A DNA stretch of 48,442 nt, counting the filler, from Jimgerdemannia flammicorona (taxonomy: Eukaryota), in the NCBI GenBank assembly GCA_003990765.1. It is 2 parts of 2 records of this genome, joined end to end, with 100 filler letters (N's around TTAATTAATTAA, not from the genome) between each part and the next. Parts side by side here need not be neighbours in the genome. Positions count along the whole stretch, not along the records: positions 24,277 to 48,442 come from RBNJ01001013.1; 1 more part is not named here. One strand, written 5' to 3'. Within the stretch, counting starts at the first letter, position 1. Each line of letters begins with the position of its first letter. The translations under genes were made by a program, and so were the position numbers. Below the pieces are notes generated by a model. That model was not told the origin of the DNA. It worked only from the letters and a program-made list of their open reading frames with translations, and searched no databases. Positions 34,668 through 47,300 of this stretch are shown here, in pieces.

Positions 34668-35981
34668 CTAATAAACTCTGGTATTGCGCACAGGGCCAAG
34701 TTCCCAGCTATTGCCGTTATCAGCGTCAAGGGAAGCCAGCGCCTCCACACATGCCACTGCGCTCTTAGGACGGACTTCTCGGTAACGGGGACGATTAACG
34801 ACGGCTGCAGACCTTGAACTTGGAAGGCCCGGATCTCGTGCGGTAGGAGGGTGCGGACGCATCGGCCGATGCAATAGATGCCTATAAGGTAGAGGGGGGA
34901 TGATAGAAGTGAAAGGTTTATTGAGAATGACGATGCTGATAGGCGGTTTGGAGGTGGAGAGGAAGGAAGGAAGGTTGCTTACAGAGTTTTGTGCAGTAAC
35001 AGCGAGCGTTTATCTATAATGAGAAAGCCGTCAACTTCATATTGCCGGGAATTGTACAGAAGTGTCCAACCAACCGACAGCCGTGTACATACCACGCCCA
35101 CCCACAGCAAAGGAAAGGCCAACAGCCTCCACCACCTGCTCTTGCCAAGAAGCATGGGCACTAACACGACGGCGAATCCAAGCGGCAAGAATATCCAAAA
35201 CCAGATCATGGCTAGCACCCAAAGTGATCTCCCAAGGGTCCCAATGTTCCTCCCCGCAGTGAGCTTCCAAAAGTTAACGAACGATCCCTGCCGCATGGTT
35301 TCGAGTGCCTCTTCGACAGCTGGCAAAAGCGCGCGCGGGTCTGTCGTCAGACGTGCGTGCTTAAGTATATAGTCACGCGCGGCGGCAGTGAGGTTGAGTT
35401 CGTTTGGAGATCCCTGGATTATGTGAGTGGCGAGGATGTGGTCGATTTCAAGGCGGAAAGGTTGCAGTGAGGTGGTGGTGGTGGGTGCGGGGATGGACGC
35501 GGGTAGTGGGCGTTGGAGGAATTTCGTGCTGTCTCGGAGATGTTCGAGTTCAATAACATTAGAGTCCGGTTCGGCGAAAGTGGGAATGTATGGGATGAGT
35601 GAAGGAGGGGTCTTGGAGTGCTGGAGAAGCTCCATGTCGATGGTCGTTGAGGAGGGGTTGCCGAGGGCGCGGTATTGCTTTTGCGGGGGGGGAGAGAGGG
35701 ATTTGGTGGCGCAAGGGAGGTCGTCGAAGCGCTTTTTATAGTCTTGATACCATTCGAAAAAATCTGCGGGTGGGTCGAAAGTATTATGATACGATTGCAT
35801 GAATTGCTCGCCCTCTGGGAAAGACAGGCTTACAATCTTGCAAGTCCGACTCCTTACCCAGATTTTCCACTGAATGTTCTTCATAGGTCAAGTACAATCG
35901 AAAGTCCGTCTTGCTCACCGGAGAACTCAATTTATCTTCCAGCACGGCCTCAAGGGTAATCTCGTTTTTGAACCCATCCAT
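34668..35981 (-). CDS. RGS-domain protein with C-terminal transmembrane helices, Rax1-like (exons 35981-35858, 35763-34983, 34881-34668)
   Basis: ITLEAVL..LSSPVSKTDFRLYLTYEEHSVENLDFFEWYQDY..ILATHIIQGSPNELNL..P..LLPAVEEALETMRQGSFVNF, then hydrophobic segments with SRWWRL. The last exon is less certain. Confidence 0.82.
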
Positions 35982-36627
35982 AAAGGCCGGAGGAAGGGGG
36001 AGAAGAAGGGAATAAGGTCCCCAAGCCACACAGATATATATATTCCAGAGGGTCGTGAGCCCTGTCGCACCATCAATTTACTCCCCAGCTCGATGGACGG
36101 GGTACCGCAGATCTCCGATGGTGGCAAAGCCATAAGGGGGAGTTCAGAACGTGGCACATTGGCCCCAAAGGGCATTTTAAAAAGAAGCAATGTCGTTTGT
36201 ACGTACAGGTTCTCCGACCGTTCGCGTGGTGGGGATTATTACCATTATGGTATCAGCACACCCAAATAGCGGACTTGGAAGCTTGTGACTAATACTTAAA
36301 TACCATTACGTTGGGCAGGTGATCGGTTACCAACGCAAACAGCTGCGATAACCCTTAGCTGGCTGTAGTGGGGAGAGATGGGTATCAAGGTATAAAGTTT
36401 TTGTTTTGGCAGGGCCCGACACCTCGCGCCAGGTTTCCTTTTTGACGTCCCTGTATATCGGGGGTCTCGGAAGGCCTTGTGTTAATTTGGCGTAGGGAAG
36501 CAGGTGACGCCACAGGGGCAGAACGTGACTACGTGACTGTCACCACGTGACCGCACCACCCCCCAAGACAAACACAACCGCAAGGAACAACTCTACCGCC
36601 AACAACTTCCCTTCATTTGACGTCAAA

Positions 36628-37831
36628 ATGCAGCAGCAGCAACAGGCAGCATTCTCCTATCTGCAGCCATACTCTCCTGCAGAACAGAGACCAAGTATGT
36701 GGCCCTTTCGAGTTTGTGCTTTGTGTGCCTGCTTCACCTGCCATTTATCTCATTTATTTGCTTGTTCCAACTCCTAGGCATCAGTCTCGATGAGGTAGCC
36801 CCACACCGTCGGCTTCGGCTCTGATTCTCTTTTTTGTCAACACACTGCCTCTGACTTGACTTGGTATTCCTCCACCAACCTAGGAAGTTAGACTCTATAC
36901 AAACAGCAAGGACCGCGAAAAGTACGATAACATGGCCGACTTATATGGCATCATAGTCATGATGGAGCACCTTGAGAAAGCCTACATCCGCGACTCAATA
37001 ACGCACGAAGAGTGAGTAATTTTTATTTATTTATATTTACACCCATCTCATTTGTTTCCTGTTGCAAAGGAGCCAAGCGTTTCGCTCGGAAATTTGTTAA
37101 AGCACGCAGCAAACCCTTCCTTCCTTGTGTTTCACTTATTGCATATTCAGATACACTCCCGCCTGTACCAACCTCATCGCCAAATACAAAACGGCTCTCA
37201 ACCTCGTTCCCGACTCTGTACCGGACCTAGAAGTGTTCATGCACGACTACAAGGTACCGCACCGCGTACGCTCTCCGGCCCTTACGTTCTCCCATATCCT
37301 TCCTGTCGTGTTGAAAAGCTTTACCCATTCCCTCACATCCCAGCTCGCCTGCCCCGCCGCTGCCAACCGCCTCAAGATTGGCGTCCCCGCCACATACGAG
37401 CACGCGATCGGGGATCCGAACCACGACTCGGGCAAATCGGCGAAATACGTCGCCGAGACCGTTCAGGTTCGTTCTGTTTCTTCCCCCTTCTTTACGCGCT
37501 GATATTGTCATTCATGCACCTCATCTACCCCCTTCTCACTGCCCACCTACCTTAGAATTTTATCACGCTGATGGACAACCTGAAGCTAAACTTTAAGGCA
37601 GTTGACCAGTTGCACCCGGTGCTGGTGGACCTTATCCAGTCGCTGAACAACGTGACCAGCCTACCGGCGGAATTTGAAGGGCGGGCCAAGGTGCGCAAGT
37701 GGCTCATCGACCTGAACCAGATGAAGGCCAGTGACGAAATTACCGAGGAGCAGTCCAGGCAGATGCTGTTCGAGATGGAGCAGGCCCATACCGAGTTCTA
37801 TAGAAGCTTGAGCGAAGGAAACGGGAAGTAG
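36628..37831 (+). CDS. VPS28: ESCRT-I subunit Vps28 (exons 36628-36694, 36778-36794, 36884-37011, 37151-37253, 37344-37466, 37556-37831)
   Basis: ISLDEEVRLYTNSKDREKYDNMADLYGII..LEKAYIRDSI..YTPAC..CPAAANRLKIGVPAT..AETVQNFITLMDNLKLN..DQLHP..RQMLFEMEQAH. Confidence 0.96.
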
Positions 37832-38776
37832 GCCGGGAGTGGAAAGTGGAGAGGATAGAGGGTAACATGGAAATGCGTGGTTGTGGTTGTATAATGTGGT
37901 TGACGTTTTTTTTTTTTTTGGTTCTCGGCATAGTGTGCTAGGGATGTGGACGATTTGATTAATTTTCATTACGTATATTGGGCGCGACAATGGACCTTCC
38001 AGATGGGCGACATGCGTTCCCGGCACTTATCTTGTTCTTGTAAAATAAATTTAATGTCATAAATTAACGCTGGTTGCTCTTTTGCTCACGTGATACCAAC
38101 ATATGACGTGCATACGGCCTTCACACTGACCCTATTCTTTCTTTCGTTGATACTACCCCCCGTCACTTTCCCAAATGAACAATTCAGCATTGAGAAGTGG
38201 TCGGCAGCAGAGGGTTTCGTTTAACTCCCATGGTGTTGTTGAAAAATTCTCATTTTCCGCAATAAAAGCGGCATTGCCTGGAGGGGTAGACTCGATTATG
38301 CGAGTAGAATGGCGAGCAGGTGGCAAAGCCACCATCCGTCTTATGCTCAAGGGGAGGAGGAACAAGCGGGCGATCTGGCAATGTTTGGGTTCGTTCGTTT
38401 CTGTCCCGACGGAGAAGGGCCACGATTGTTGATTGGCATGGCAGCATGACCAAGAGCACCGAGTTCAAGTTTAGCTTCGACTTGAGACGGCAAAGAGTGG
38501 ATGCTGATCGGGGTAAAGATTTGGCGGTAATGTTTGGCTCACCGCGCCAGCCTCGTCGAAAGGAGGTCTCAAATCTCCTGGTTGGCTTTGAATGATCTTT
38601 TGGTGTAGTGTCATCCTATCGAATGAATGAATGCACGAGTATAATCCAGAGGACTTTGTAGAGCTATTCAATTTAGGATTAAGGATACTTGCGGACTGTA
38701 TGATTGAGAGGTAGAAACATCGAGTGTATGGGCTTCGTTTATCGGAGTCTCGTGACTTTTAAGCGGTGTTTTCTAC

Positions 38777-38811
<35 letters not shown>

Positions 38812-39047
38812 AGCCTTGTTGGTTCTCTCACCATCAGGCTCTACGCCAGTCGCCCAAAAACACTACTTCGGCCGTCAGCGAAATCATTGAACAAATAATA
38901 GCGAAACTTGTAGTAATGTAGTATCTCATAATAATTGTCTAACGTGTGACGTCAGAAGATGGGCACTATTGTTGGTATATCATTGTTATTTTTTTTTTTC
39001 GTCTTTCTCCACCATCCCCGAACCTTCACTCTTCTCCTATCCCGCCA

Positions 39048-39480
39048 GGAGCAATCGTCCTACGACAGCATTTTGGACATTCACCTGTGCTCGATACGTA
39101 ACACGAGCTGGTTCCTTAAGATAATGGAATTCAACAACTGTTCAGCACCTTCAACTCTCTCAACTCCATGAATTCTTTCGAAATCTTGGCGACACATTAA
39201 AGTGCCTCATATTAACAGGGAGCATGAATATCAGAGGAATTACCCTCGCCTTAGCTATCGCCGCCTGCGGATCCCTCCGATATATGAATTTGTCGCGTTC
39301 GACTTTCGATGACGTAGCCCTCGGCCACCTCTCCGGCGCGCGTGCCACGGATGTGGTTGCTTGATGGAATCAAGCTAATATTCTGAGTGTATTCGCTCAT
39401 TCCCTTTTCGTGGAAGGGGCACGCGTTTCTGGTGCAGAACACGACCTTGACCACGCTGGATCTCGCATGTATGTTGGAAC
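39048..39480 (+). pseudogene. Possible leucine-rich-repeat (F-box/RNI-like) gene remnant
   Basis: QLHEFFRNLGDTLKCLILTGSMNI..AIAACGSLRYMNLSRSTFDDVALGHL* and FLVQNTTLTTLDLAC resemble LRR units; the frames are broken. Confidence 0.35.
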
Positions 39481-40988
39481 TGTGTGAAGCATTGGATGTA
39501 ACTGTGCGATGCAATTATGCTCATGATTTGTATAAACTTTACAATATCAAATACCTCTGGCATATATATCTCTATATTCAACCTAATGCTTTATCTATAA
39601 TCTCCTTTTAATAATTATAAATAAAATTCATGAGGATCCGTTGCATATATAATGAACCACTTTAGAATATCTGTGCATCATAATACTTATATGGAGAATC
39701 TTTGAAGTGAAGGAAGTGGATCATACATGTTTAGGAAATCAACAGTTCCGTCACTACCGTCAAACTGATGGCATTGCCACAACTGGGGGTTAATCGAATG
39801 CATTGAGATTTGTCGATACCTTTTACAATGGCATTTGCATTGGCTCGCACTGATACACGCTATCGCCTCCATGCCATCATGACATGCATATTCCAGACGA
39901 TTTGAACGAGCCCTACTACCGCCGTTACTCGTCGAGAACTTTTAGCACCTTCAGTGACGAACTGAAACAGCGACAGTACGTCACGGATCCATCGACATTG
40001 TAAAGCACGTGAGAAGCCATCCAATCAGTGACGCAAAGATTACAGAAGTTTTTTCTATCTTCCTCGCACCTGTTCCCCTCTCAGATCACAACCGTGCCCA
40101 CCACTTTACTCGACATCATGTGCAAACTTTCCAAGCTGTGGAAGAGGCGAGGTACCCTCTCCCCGATATCGCTATTGCCCTTATTGCTAGCTACGCTTTA
40201 GTGACCAATTTTATCTTTAGACCGCGAAGTCGACTACGTCCAGGAGTTGTGTCGAAGATGCCGTGTCGGTACGTAGCGAACCGATACAGATATCAATTTA
40301 CGAAAATTATTGACAGTTCCTCTCCGTGTGTTTAGATCTGGCAGATCTTCCCAATCCTCTCAAAGACCCGAACATCGCGAAATTGGTGCTCGAAGCTAGC
40401 AAATATATGTGAATGAGCACGCTCGCATGGGTCTTGATACGTTGTCGTCGGCGTTTGGTTATTTGTGTCAATTGTACAAGAGATTTAAAAATTGCGTTTC
40501 TTCCCCAATGTTTGTGCCAAGAACATGTACTGCGATTATTTGCAACGGGGTTTAGGTAGTGAAGAATGAATGTATCTTATGCTCAGATTGAAATTTCTAA
40601 GACAAAACTTTCTCCATCTCGTACTGTACAAGTTCTGCATGATTAATATCGATCATTCCGCCTCCAGAGATGACTCGATCCATGTGGGCAAGTATTGATG
40701 CAAGCGATTTACAATAAATAGGCATGGACCAAATATAAAGATATAAAAAATATATCGCTACTACCTCGCCATGACTAGTAACGCCCTGCCATGCAACATC
40801 ACTCCCGATAATTATCTGGCCTTACCAGTCCATCAAAAGTCACCATTGTATTCCGGCGAACAAAGAAAATAATATAGATATACTGCGCAGCGACCACTGT
40901 ATTATGAAATAGTGCTTGGAACATCTCGACCAAGCGCGGCTTAGTTGAATGATTTTACTGCACTTTGCACATTTTGGCATATTTTATA

Positions 40989-40993
<5 letters not shown>

Positions 40994-41036
<43 letters not shown>

Positions 41037-41850
41037 TAGTCCCTTGGACTTCTGCATTTATTACCTAACCAATCTATACCAATATAATATATAATGTCCT
41101 AACCCTCTATCTAATCCCCCTGAGGCCCCCCCCTCTCTCTCTTTATTCCTTCAAGTTAGAATACTACTAGATCATTAATAACTATAATTCTTCTATCACT
41201 TTTCTCATAGATTCTCTCTACCAGATAGTGATGGTAATTACTCTGGGGGCCCCACCCCCTCTACCAACTAGATACAACATCTACCACCAATCTCTCCTAC
41301 TGCACCATCTGCTCCTCTAATTTCACCTGTCTTCTATTCTTAAATATATACAGCCAATGTCCAGCCAACCCTACTCATACTGTTAAAGCTTATCTGATAG
41401 TGAGCCACTCATTACTAATACACTCTACCAATTGTAACTTCAAGTTTCTCCAATGATCCTCCTCTCTACTCTCTCATCTCTTCATCTTTAAATAACTACC
41501 AAAAATCTCCAAGAATCTCATACTCACCTAACCAATATTCTAGCATCTGCACAAAACTCCTCTCTTGTTTTATATTATAACACTCTTTACAATTGAAGAC
41601 CCCTCTCTTAACTAAATAATCTAAGTGAAAGTTCAACATAATATTCCTCCTCAGTATATACTATTATACCATCTAGAACTTCAAAGAAAGCCACTGCTAC
41701 ATATTTTATATTCTCTTATATTCTACAAACTAACATCTCCCTACAGTCTCCATTATATTTCAGGTTTATTTATATGCTATTCCTATATTGTCTTTCTTTT
41801 TGTATTTATTAACTTTATTGTTTTTCTACTACTATCAATAATGTAAAGAT
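40994..41850 (-). mobile_element. Probable 3' fragment of a non-LTR (LINE-like) retrotransposon, eroded
   Basis: ~40-nt poly(T) on plus, AATAAA on minus ~25 nt from the tail, abrupt loss of CpG and strong purine strand bias. Protein motifs are too decayed to confirm. Confidence 0.5.
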
Positions 41851-42620
41851 ATTTCAAACAGTTTGGAAAATAAGTTAGGATAAAGTAGCTTTAAATTTAA
41901 ATAGATAATAATATTATTAATAGTTATATTAATTTGAATTATATTTTAAATAAATATATATTAAATATTAAATTTTATAATAAAGATCTTGAAGAATATA
42001 AAAAGTAGTATTTTATAATTATATATGTTGGGTTATAATTTATATTAAAAATAATCAATATTTTACTACTCTAATAATAAAATTATAATAACTCTAAGTC
42101 TAAAATGTATAGACAAATTTATCTCCAAAGAGTTAACTTCGAATGTTAATTTATTTCTAAGCCGAAGCCACCAAGCCGCAAGCCGCTGCAAGTCGGATCT
42201 ATCGTGACGTTTTTGCTAAGGAATTCGGTCGAAAAGGAACCTGTCTCGTTGAAAAATGAACCAGTTGTTGGCTTCAATTACACACGTTCTACCTCTACAC
42301 AGTTCTTCGGATTACACGCCTTTGCTATTTCCGCTTGAGTAATTGATTTCCTCTTAGAAATGATCGCTTGCTTTCATAACTCTATTTTATAATATCCTTT
42401 TTACATCACTTTATTTAATATTATTTACAATGGACAACGGATGGCAGGACAACAATAGACTGCAGGGCTATGATAAGATAGCAGGGCGATAGCAACACAC
42501 TGAACAATGAAAACAATAAAGGATGGACAACAGATGACGGCGACGGACCACAGGATGGCGACGATGACCACAACGTGGAACACTTGGAGGTAAAGCACTT
42601 CAATGTGGAACACAGGACAT

Positions 42621-42688
42621 CCTGCGAACCTCACAAGTCAGAACCGTCCTGCGAACCTCACAAGTCAGAACCATCCTACGAACCTCAC
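42621..42688. repeat. 27-bp tandem repeat, 2.5 copies (CCTGCGAACCTCACAAGTCAGAACC(G/A)T)
   Basis: Directly visible; abuts the stop codon of the 42690-43214 ORF. Confidence 0.9.
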
Positions 42689-42689
42689 C

Positions 42690-43214
42690 TTACTTCACTT
42701 TACGAATATATATAATTGGACATGCATAATAACCATGCTGCCGGCTGTAACACTTGGCGCAGACGTGGTGGGATCGGCAGGACTTATCGACGCAGATAGA
42801 CCCATCAGGATGATTGAAATATCCGCAAATTAGGAGGCTGGCAGGACCGACGTCTGTGGATAGTATATTTTTCGGTAATGGAGCTTGTATTGGAATTTGT
42901 GGCAGAGCTTGCGAAGGATCTTGTACCGGAGACAGTGGTAATGGCGACGTTGACGATGGTGACGATGGTGACGATGGTACGTTGGCGAATTCTGGTTTTG
43001 GGATATAATGCTCAAGAGCAAGTACAATTTGCTCATCTTCCTCGTTCTGCTTGCAAAGGATCCCTATTATCGTGTTGCGTTCATTCTGGTGACGGCGGAT
43101 GGTGTGCCGGATACCGTCCAGCTTAACAGCGATGTTGCTAATTCTCTTATCATGAGTCGATTCACGGTAGGGGATTTCACAGCCAGGACTCAACAACCGC
43201 TCCGATGTGGACAT
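42690..43214 (-). CDS. 174-aa protein: N-terminal helical segment, Pro/Ser linker, C-terminal Cys/His zinc finger (CxxFN..C..C..H.CxxC..H..C)
   Basis: ICGYFNHPDGSICVDKSCRSHHVCAKCYSRQHGYYACP; intact intronless ORF with normal CpG content. Confidence 0.7.
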   Translation of the reverse strand: MSTSERLLSPGCEIPYRESTHDKRISNIAVKLDGIRHTIRRHQNERNTIIGILCKQNEEDEQIVLALEHYIPKPEFANVPSSPSSPSSTSPLPLSPVQDPSQALPQIPIQAPLPKNILSTDVGPASLLICGYFNHPDGSICVDKSCRSHHVCAKCYSRQHGYYACPIIYIRKVK

Positions 43215-43254
43215 AGTCTATAAGAAGGGAGCGCGCAAAAGGGAGAAAGAAGGT

Positions 43255-43275
43255 AAGGGTAATGAGTGGAAGCAC

Positions 43276-43372
<97 letters not shown>

Positions 43373-43700
43373 CAGGGAAAGAACGCGTAAAATAAAACAA
43401 GTAAAAAGAATGAACATGTAAAAACATACCTTGAGATACTATGTGCTCGTTGCAAGTAAGGGCAGGAGTGATACAAGGACTTAAGGGTATAAGGCCTGAC
43501 GTAAGGGGGGTTAAAATGTAAGGCAATAAAGTGGAAACACGTAAAAAAATGCAGGAAAAAAACGCGTAAAATAAAACACGTAAAAAGAATGAAGCATATG
43601 TAAAAAAAAATGTACAAAACACACCTTGAGATACTGGGCGCTCGTTTTAAGTATAAGGGCAGAAGCGACACAAGGGCTTAAGCCTGACGTAAGGGTATAA
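43255..43700. repeat. Imperfect tandem duplication of a ~180-bp unit; the first copy has an A-tract expanded to ~95 nt
   Basis: GTGGAA(G/A)CACGTAAAA..GCAGG..AACGCGTAAAATAAAAC..CCTTGAGATACT..GCTCGTT..TAAGGGCAG..GCCTGACGTAAGGG occurs at ~43265-43507 and ~43530-43695. Confidence 0.85.
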
Positions 43701-44332
43701 AACCCGACGTAAGTGTATAAAGCTAAGGGGAGAGGAATAAGGAATAAGAGCGATATGAGACGGCTACTTTTTAAAAGTTAGCTCTGGTGGCTTAGTATGA
43801 CTAAAGAAATCATATGCCAATTAATTACATTAGTCCTATTTCGGAAAATGGTTTTAGATATATATATACCTAAGCAACTGTTCAAACAGGCGCTGGCGAT
43901 CTGTGAAAACAGAGCACCCACACACAGCACAATCTCGAAAAGCTCTGGCTAGTTGCCACCGCACACTACATTCGTATGCATGTGATTGTATCTATTCTCA
44001 TTCTGGAAGTAAACATCTTGTCAACCACCAATAACCACTGCCCAATTCTGCGAGACATTAATTTTGCTCTTATATATACATTAACTTGATGTAATTTGCA
44101 CATTGACATCAGGATCAATAACCAGAATTCTTAATCGGGTTTTTACTATACATTATATGGATCACGTCTTGGGAAGATGAATGCCCGACGAACCAAAGCA
44201 ATTACTAGTGTTGGCGCAATGATCGAGGCAACCATTACAAATTGTTTTACGGACGATACAATACATTGAGAGTGTGGAACAAGAAAATGAACTAAATGAA
44301 CCGGTAGTCATATCAGTATACATGCTCCGACC

Positions 44333-47300
44333 TCACCGCTGGCCATGTCGATGAGCAACCTGTCCTTGCGGAGACGCTTGCTGCTGTTGCGGGCTTTGGT
44401 GAGACGTCGATGGTGCCTGATGTCCAAGCCCATAGCCATGCTGCTGCAGTCCAAGCCACCTCTCCAAGATCCTTCTCACGACCGCCCCGCCGTTCGGATC
44501 GAGCTTCTCTAAGAACCGGAACACGACCGCGGTCTCGCTCCTCTCGGGGTTCAGAAGCTCGCTGTCGAACCGCGTCATATACTGTGCCACGGTTGCGCGC
44601 ATGAGCAGGACCTCGCGCCCGTCCGCTCCCTCGCGGAGGATCTCGAACTCGGAGGACTCGACCGACTCCTTCCAGACTTCGATGTTCGTGCGTTGGTGAC
44701 CCTCCTTCTGCAGCTTGATCTCGAAGTGGTCGTCAAACAGGGTGACACCACAGTTGGGGTGCGTAAAATAAGCATTGTGGGGCCCGAAGGCGATGGAGAG
44801 CGTTGGAAGGGGAATTCCGGACGAGGCAGCAGAATTTGAAGACACAGACGCAGAGGCGGCGGTAGGCGCCGGTGCTGAGGACATCAGCCGGGATGTGGGA
44901 GCGGCCGTGTGGGTTGCGGTGGTGACGCTCGCTGCAGCGGGCGCGGGCTGTTGGTAAGCGGGAGCGGTGGGGAGGAACGTGTGCAGAGGCGGACGTTGTC
45001 CGGAAGCCGTTGTCGGCGTCGGTGCGGATGCCATAGGTCGAACACTGGCGAAGTTTGGTGGTACGTTGACTCCTGACATTATGGGTGTGATTGGGGATGG
45101 TGTAGCTGGCGATGATCGGCTATTCGACGGATAGTATTGGTTAGGTATTGAGACAGGAATTCGGGAGTGGGGACGTGCCGATCCAATTGTTGCGATTGTT
45201 GCTACGATGGGGAATATGTGCAACACATTAGAGCCGTGAAGGTTAAAATAAACTGTGGAGCATTAAATATATCATTCCATCAATAGATACAAACCTGATG
45301 ATTGGCCAGCCTCACCAACGATCGATAGTGTCGCAGCTATGGATGCTGCGACATTGGCAGGCATTACAGATGCCAAATTCAGCGCACCTGCTGGGTATAC
45401 CATTTGATTTCCTTGATCGACAGCTAAATTATCATAAAAATCAATGATAACGATAAGATTGATGATCCTGGAGAGTTTCCATTTGGATACAAAAAAATCA
45501 TGCAAAATATTCACGAGTACATACCTTTAGCCGAGAATCTCTTCTTCAACGGCGACGCCACACCTTTCCCACTCCCACTAGCATTATTACCCGAGCCCCT
45601 TTCAAGTGTCCCCGTGGACTTGTTGCCCCCTAATGCATCCACATTATGCACACCCTCCGCATGAAGCTGAGCTGCGACCACGCGGGCATACTCCTGTCGT
45701 TGAAGCAGCAACAGATGCGCGGTGTCGACTGACGCCATCGGTGGACCAGCCTCGTTGACGTGCGACGACCTCTTCCCACCACTGAGTGCTGCCTCAGAGT
45801 CCTCACCTTCGGACATGCGCCTCTTGCCTTTCGCGACCGAGCTCCCGCCATTCGCAATGACCCCCGACACGGAATGCCTCTTCGTTTTCGCCTTCGCTGA
45901 GGTCGGTGTAGGCGTGTTGGGGAGCATCGCCATCGAACCGAGCCCGTCAAACGCGGCTCCCTGCAAAATTTTGCCGTGCTTCCACTTCACCCCGCATGCG
46001 TTACATAATGTACCAGCGCCACCAGGTCCGCGCCGCCACATGGGCGTGCTTCGAGAGCCACAGTACGCGCACTTCTTGAGGGCGCCATCGTCGGATTTGA
46101 CTGCAAGGGGGCTGACGGCGGCGGCAGCGGCGAGGCCAAGACCGGTCCGGCTCGTGGATCTCGGAGTCGATAATTTTCCCGAATACCTTCTTTGGACTAG
46201 CGTTGAAGGGTTTCATGTTCATGTATGCAACGTCGGTCGTGTAAGAGAGGACGTTCGAACGGGAGAAATGATAAATAAATAAAAAGCGTTGATCTTGATG
46301 CATTCCGTGTACCAAACAGGGAAAAGAACTAACCTTCATCGTCTATTCCGATCATCATCCGAGATCGCTTCGCATTTCTGTTATCAATGCCAGCCTCACT
46401 TCTACGCTTTTCGTATTTGGAGGGTCCGTTCGCCGATGGAGTTGGTGGTGCAAGCAAGGCCTTCACACCCATCTCCTTTTGTAAGGTTTGGTAGAAAGAG
46501 TAGTGGATATATAGATGATGAGTCAGGAGAATTTAGAGCAACGACCTCCACCATTTCCATTTCCGTCCCATCAAACTGCCGACAACACTCAAGAATATTT
46601 GGTAACACTAACCTCAATAAGGCCACTTGGCAAATCAGCAGGTAACTGATATTGCATATAAACGCGATTTGGGAGGTGTCGCATCTACAACACAACCAAA
46701 AGATGAACGTATATGACATAAGAATGAAAAAAAATAACCGTAACAAACTAACCATAATAATTCACTATGTATGCCCTCTTTCAGACCTGGGAAATTTAAA
46801 TTTCTACAAAAACCGGCAATATGCCAAACCTTACCTTCTCAATCATGCCCCCATACACGGTCGTCACGTCGTTCACGGCTCTGCGAAGCGCGGCTAGCAC
46901 CTCGGGCGACACGCCCGAGACGCGCACAGTAGTAGCCTGGTGTGACTTGCGTGTATGATGCTGGTGGGCTTGATCCTTGAAGAACGAGTGGGAGGCAGCG
47001 TCGGCGGCGGGGAGGTGGAACGAGGCCAGGATCTGAGTAAAAGGAGGGGTGACAAGAGACAATCGATTTGAATACATACATTGCGACAATATCAACGTCT
47101 TATGGTCAAAATTCTAAGGTGGTTTACACTTAATTTGTCCATCTTGGTCTCACATCTTCCAAGATATACATATATGTACGTCCTGAGCCCAAACCCAGCA
47201 CAATACACTCTATGTCAGGACCTCAGGACGCATCAGCCCATTAATAAGCATCCGGCATACCTCAAAGGGTGCCGCCATATTCGTCGCTTCCACAATAGCA

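Noticed and set aside
43177..43671. Poly-Phe and poly-Lys ORFs
   Set aside because: Translations of the A-tract.
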